NCBI GenBank assembly: GCA_902796855.1
Contig: CADBQN010000006.1
Span: 892-64,891, forward strand
DNA: 64,000 nucleotides
Reading direction: 5' to 3'
Origin: an uncultured Bacillota bacterium
GTDB lineage: Bacteria > Bacillota > Dehalobacteriia > UBA7702
In this document: positions 58,513-64,000 of the stretch, piece after piece
How positions within the stretch are numbered: position 1 is the first letter of the stretch
How the letters are laid out: each line of letters starts with the position of its first letter
Notes under the pieces: generated by a model
Seen by the model: the letters and a program-made list of their open reading frames with translations, nothing else
What the model was told of the DNA's origin: nothing
The model's database searches: none
Position numbers and translations under genes: made by a program

Positions 58513-59454
58513 TCAGTCAAAGGCTTTTCCGTCGCAGCCGAGGACGTTGATGAGTTTATGTTTGACCAGTTCCTTGATGTTTTCCCGGGCGGGTTTCAGA
58601 TACTGACGGGGGTCGAAGTGTTCCGGATGCTCATTGAAGTGCTTGCGGATGGTGCCGGTCATGGCGAGGCGCAGGTCGGAGTCGATGTTGATCTTGCACA
58701 CGGCCATGGAGGCGGCTTTGCGGAGCATATCCTCGGGGATGCCGATGGCGTCGGGCATGGCGCCGCCGTTGTCGTTGATCATCTTGACGTATTCGGGGAT
58801 GACCGAGGAAGCGCCGTGGAGCACGATGGGGAATTCCGGCAGCCGTTTGCCGACTTCCTCAAGGATGTCGAAGCGGAGCTGGGGCTTCTGGCCGGGTTTG
58901 AATTTATAAGCGCCGTGGCTGGTGCCGATGGCGATGGCCAGGGAGTCCACGCCGGTGCGGCTGACGAATTCTTCCACTTCCTCGGGGCGGGTGTAGGAGG
59001 CGTCGGCGTCGCTGACGTTGACGTCGTCCTCAATGCCGGCGAGCTTGCCCAGTTCGCCTTCGACGACGACGCCGTGAGCGTGGGCGTATTCAACGACTTC
59101 CTTCGTCAGGGCGATGTTTTCGTCAAAGGGCAGCTTGGAGCCGTCGATCATCACGGAGGTAAAGCCGCTGTCGATGCAGCTCTTGCAGATGTCGAAGTCG
59201 GCGCCGTGGTCCAGGTGGAGACAGATGGGGAGGCCGGTCTCGATCTCGGCGGCTTCCACCAATTTCATCAGGTACGTGGAGTTGGCGTACTTTCTGGCGC
59301 CGGCGGAGACCTGAAGGATCAGCGGGGCGCTGACTTCCTTGGCGGCTTCGGTGATCCCCTGGATCAGTTCCATGTTGTTGACGTTAAAGGCGCCGATGGC
59401 GTAACCGCCCTCATAGGCTTTTTTGAACATTTCGGTGGAGGTAACTAACGGCAT
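58513..59454 (-). CDS. fba: Class II fructose-bisphosphate aldolase
   Basis: 'GGYAIGAFNVNNMELIQ', 'LHLDHG', 'GTSHGAYKF' Zn-aldolase motifs. Confidence 0.9.
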   Translation of the reverse strand: MPLVTSTEMFKKAYEGGYAIGAFNVNNMELIQGITEAAKEVSAPLILQVSAGARKYANSTYLMKLVEAAEIETGLPICLHLDHGADFDICKSCIDSGFTSVMIDGSKLPFDENIALTKEVVEYAHAHGVVVEGELGKLAGIEDDVNVSDADASYTRPEEVEEFVSRTGVDSLAIAIGTSHGAYKFKPGQKPQLRFDILEEVGKRLPEFPIVLHGASSVIPEYVKMINDNGGAMPDAIGIPEDMLRKAASMAVCKINIDSDLRLAMTGTIRKHFNEHPEHFDPRQYLKPARENIKELVKHKLINVLGCDGKAFD

Positions 59455-59511
59455 AACGCATGTCTCCTTTACATTAAATTTATATGACGCGGGGTATATA
59501 TATTTGATTTT

Positions 59512-61233
<1,722 letters not shown>

Positions 61234-62955
61234 TTACATTTCGGTGGGAGCGTGTACCCCCAACAGCGTCAAAACATTCTCAATGGCGATGGCGGCGGCG
61301 CGGCTCAGGCCGAGACGGGCGGCGCGGAGGGCTTCGTCGTCGCAGTTGACGCGGCAGTGGTTGTAAAAACTGTGGAAGGTGGAGGCCAGGTCGTGGAGGT
61401 AGGCGCAGAGCCGATGGGGTTCCAAAAGCTCGGCGGCGGCGTCGATCTCCTCGGGGAGATCGGCCAGTTTCTTCATCAGATCGGCCTCGTGGGGATCGGT
61501 GAGACAGGTATAATCGACGGCGGCGAAGTCCGGGAGGACATAGCCGAGGGACACCGCCTGCCGCAGGATGCTGCAGATGCGGGCGTGAGCGTACTGGACA
61601 TAGAAGACGGGATTGTCGGCGTTTTTCGATTTCGCCAGGTCGAGGTCAAAATCCATGGGGCTGTCGGGGTTGCGCATCACAAAGAAGTAGCGGGCGGCGT
61701 CGTAGCCCACCTCGTCGATGAGGTCTTCCAGCGTCACGTACTGCCCGGAGCGCTTGGACATCGTCACCAGCTCCCCGTTCTGATAGAGCTTCACCAGCTG
61801 CATCAGGATGACGACGAGCTGATCGGGGTCGTAACCAAAGAGGGAGACGGCCCGCTTCATCCGGGCGACGTGGCCGTGGTGGTCGGCGCCCCAGACGTTG
61901 ATGACCTTGTCGAAGCCGCGGTCGAATTTGTCCTTGTGATAGGCGATGTCGGCGGCAAAGTAGGTGGGCACGCCGTTGGCGCGGATCAGCACGTCGTCCT
62001 TGTCCTCCAGGTTCACCCGCTGACCGTCTTTGCTCCGCTTGCCGTCGCCGCCGTTCTCGGCTTTCAGCAGCAGGGAGCCGCCGTCCTCATAGGCGTATCC
62101 CCTCTCCTTCAGCTCCGCCATGGCGGCCATGACCTTGCCGGACTCGTGGAGGCTCCGTTCGGAGAACCAGACGTCAAATTCCACGCCGTAGAGGGAGAGC
62201 ACCCGCTTCATATCGCCGAGCTTTTCCTCTAAGGCGTAGTCGGAGAGGACGCGGATCCGCTCTTCCTCGTCCTTTTCCCGAAGGGAAGCGCCGTGTTCCT
62301 CAAGGTAGTGACGGGCCGTTTCTTTGACGTCCCCGCCGTGGTAGCCGTCTTCGGGGAAAACGGCGTCCTCGCCAAGGAGCTCCCGAAAGCGGGCGTCGAG
62401 GGAAAGGCCTAAAAGGCGGATCTGGTTCCCGGCGTCGTTGATGTAGTATTCCTTTTCCACGTCATAACCGGCGAAGGCCAGGAGATTGCCGAGGGAGTCG
62501 CCGATGGCGCCGCCCCGGGCGTTGCCCATGTGGAGCAGCCCGGTGGGGTTGGCGCTGACGAATTCCACCTGCACCCGTTTGCCGGCGCCGGTGTCGACGG
62601 AGCCGTAGCGCCCGCCCATGCGGTGGACGAGACGGGGCACGTCAAAGAGCCAGTCCTGTTTTAAATAAAAATTCAGAAAGCCCGCCCCGGCGACGTCGAT
62701 TTTCTCGATGTAACCGCCGGCGGTGTCGATTTTTTCCAATAAAACGGCGGCGATGGCTCTGGGAGCCATCCGCGCCTGTTTGGCAAGGAGCATCGCCGCG
62801 TTGACGGCGAAATCCCCGTGGGCCGGGTCTCTGGGGATCTCCACGGCAAAGGCGGGGATCTCCTCAAAAGACAGCTCACCCTCGGATTTCGCGAGGGTGA
62901 GAGCGGTGATGACACGTTCTCTGATATCGTTTTTAAGATCTGTGATCGGTCGCAT
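61234..62955 (-). CDS. argS: Arginine--tRNA ligase
   Basis: 573 aa; class I 'SANPTGLLHMGNARG' HIGH-variant; anticodon-binding DALR domain at C-terminus. Confidence 0.9.
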   Translation of the reverse strand: MRPITDLKNDIRERVITALTLAKSEGELSFEEIPAFAVEIPRDPAHGDFAVNAAMLLAKQARMAPRAIAAVLLEKIDTAGGYIEKIDVAGAGFLNFYLKQDWLFDVPRLVHRMGGRYGSVDTGAGKRVQVEFVSANPTGLLHMGNARGGAIGDSLGNLLAFAGYDVEKEYYINDAGNQIRLLGLSLDARFRELLGEDAVFPEDGYHGGDVKETARHYLEEHGASLREKDEEERIRVLSDYALEEKLGDMKRVLSLYGVEFDVWFSERSLHESGKVMAAMAELKERGYAYEDGGSLLLKAENGGDGKRSKDGQRVNLEDKDDVLIRANGVPTYFAADIAYHKDKFDRGFDKVINVWGADHHGHVARMKRAVSLFGYDPDQLVVILMQLVKLYQNGELVTMSKRSGQYVTLEDLIDEVGYDAARYFFVMRNPDSPMDFDLDLAKSKNADNPVFYVQYAHARICSILRQAVSLGYVLPDFAAVDYTCLTDPHEADLMKKLADLPEEIDAAAELLEPHRLCAYLHDLASTFHSFYNHCRVNCDDEALRAARLGLSRAAAIAIENVLTLLGVHAPTEM

Positions 62956-63066
62956 GGTTCCTCCGGTGGGTCTGGATCGGTGTGAACATAAAAAGTACCT
63001 TTTTATTATAACATATTACGCGGCGTATGGCACGCGAAAAACCGCTTTTTTTTGCCGAATTTCGAA

Positions 63067-64000
63067 TCAGTTGTGATAGAGCTTCCGCGTCTGGTAGACC
63101 GGCTCCATGGACATATTGACGCCAAGGTGGTGGAAGACGTTCTCGTCGACGCGGGAGAGGATCACCGAGGCGTGGGCCTCGCAGCCGGCGAGGGCGCCGA
63201 GCTGATCGAGAGCGCGGGCGGCGCGCTCGTCGGTGACGGCGCTGATGGTCAGGGCGATGAGGGTCTCGTCGGTGTGGAGCCGGGGGTTGCGGTTGCCCAT
63301 GTGCCCCACTTTCAGCTTCTGGATGGGCTCAATGACGTCGGGGCTGATGAGCCGGGCGGATTTTTCAATGCCCGCCAGCTTTTTCAGCGCGTTGAGCAGG
63401 CAGGCCGAGGAAGCGCCGAGGAGGTCGCTGGTCTTGCCGGTGATGACGGTGCCGTCGGGGAGCTCCATGGCGAGGGCGGGGTTGCCGGTGGCCTCGGCCC
63501 GTTCCCTGGCGGCGGCGACGACGGGGCGGTCCGCCGCGGAGATGCCGCAGCGCTTCATCAGCAGTTCGATCTTCTGCACCTCGTTGGCTTTGTCAAAGCC
63601 CTGCCGCTGGGAGACTCTGGCGTTGAAGTAGCGGCGGATGATCTCCTGCCGCGCCGCCCGGCGGCAGACTTCGTCGTCGGAGACGCAGAGACCGGCCATG
63701 TTGACGCCCATGTCCGTCGGCGAGTTATAGGGGCTCCTGCCCCAGATCCCTTCCAAAATGGCGTTGAGCACCGGGAAGATCTCGACGTCGCGGTTGTAGT
63801 TCACCGTCGTTTCGCCGTAGGCGTCCAGGTGGAAGGGGTCGATCATGTTGACGTCGTCGAGGTCGGCGGTGGCGGCCTCATAGGCCAGGTTCACCGGGTG
63901 CTGCAGCGGCAGGTTCCAGATGGGGAACGTCTCGAACTTGGCGTAGCCGGCCTTGACGCCGCGGCGGTTCTCGTGCCAGATCTGGCTGAGACACGTTGCC
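63067..64000 (-). CDS. DUF1846 (UPF0371) family protein, N-terminus beyond window end
   Basis: Frame remains open upstream of the track start (63894) to the window edge; family is ~500 aa. Confidence 0.6.
   Translation of the reverse strand, partial: ATCLSQIWHENRRGVKAGYAKFETFPIWNLPLQHPVNLAYEAATADLDDVNMIDPFHLDAYGETTVNYNRDVEIFPVLNAILEGIWGRSPYNSPTDMGVNMAGLCVSDDEVCRRAARQEIIRRYFNARVSQRQGFDKANEVQKIELLMKRCGISAADRPVVAAARERAEATGNPALAMELPDGTVITGKTSDLLGASSACLLNALKKLAGIEKSARLISPDVIEPIQKLKVGHMGNRNPRLHTDETLIALTISAVTDERAARALDQLGALAGCEAHASVILSRVDENVFHHLGVNMSMEPVYQTRKLYHN

Overview
High-GC (roughly 63-67% by eye), gene-dense bacterial chromosome segment. The gene content (alpha/beta-type SASP, COG1533 SPL-like radical SAM, prfA-prmC, DUF1385-rpmE, FtsX-type ABC) points to a spore-forming, high-GC Clostridia-type Firmicute; this is inference, with no database search. 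Most of the window is core metabolism and housekeeping: ilvBH, purF, tyrS, prfA/prmC, rpmE, glpX, tal/fsa, fba, pyrG, argS. Transporters, sensors and regulators are interspersed: a PF04392-type ABC system, an FtsE/FtsX-like ABC with a giant coiled-coil permease, two tandem EamA paralogs, a Kv-like K+ channel, TspO, an APC-permease::GGDEF fusion, and two paralogous hybrid histidine kinases. The standout is a ~7.4 kb low-GC island at ~33.95-41.35 kb, inserted between a conserved hypothetical gene and a GNAT gene. It is one minus-strand operon with an unusual restriction-modification-like architecture: a Zn-ribbon/ParB-like nuclease-domain protein, a gamma-class N6-adenine MTase-like protein with a degenerate NPPY motif, an intact Eco57I-type MTase, a T5orf172 (GIY-YIG-like)-SNF2-type helicase fusion, and a Schlafen/AlbA_2-domain protein. 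It is preceded by a 5-copy 42-bp tandem repeat and has no integrase or tRNA in view. Secondary points: a duplicated Cx4Cx2C radical-SAM pair with a nitroreductase under a divergent TetR, bracketed by the two paralogous hybrid kinases; an adenylation-GNAT-esterase operon with a ~500 nt structured leader; an E2-like acyltransferase with a His->Glu change in the catalytic motif, coupled to an acyl-CoA ligase; a near-identical hairpin element at two loci. No rRNA, tRNA, CRISPR array, transposase or integrase was seen.
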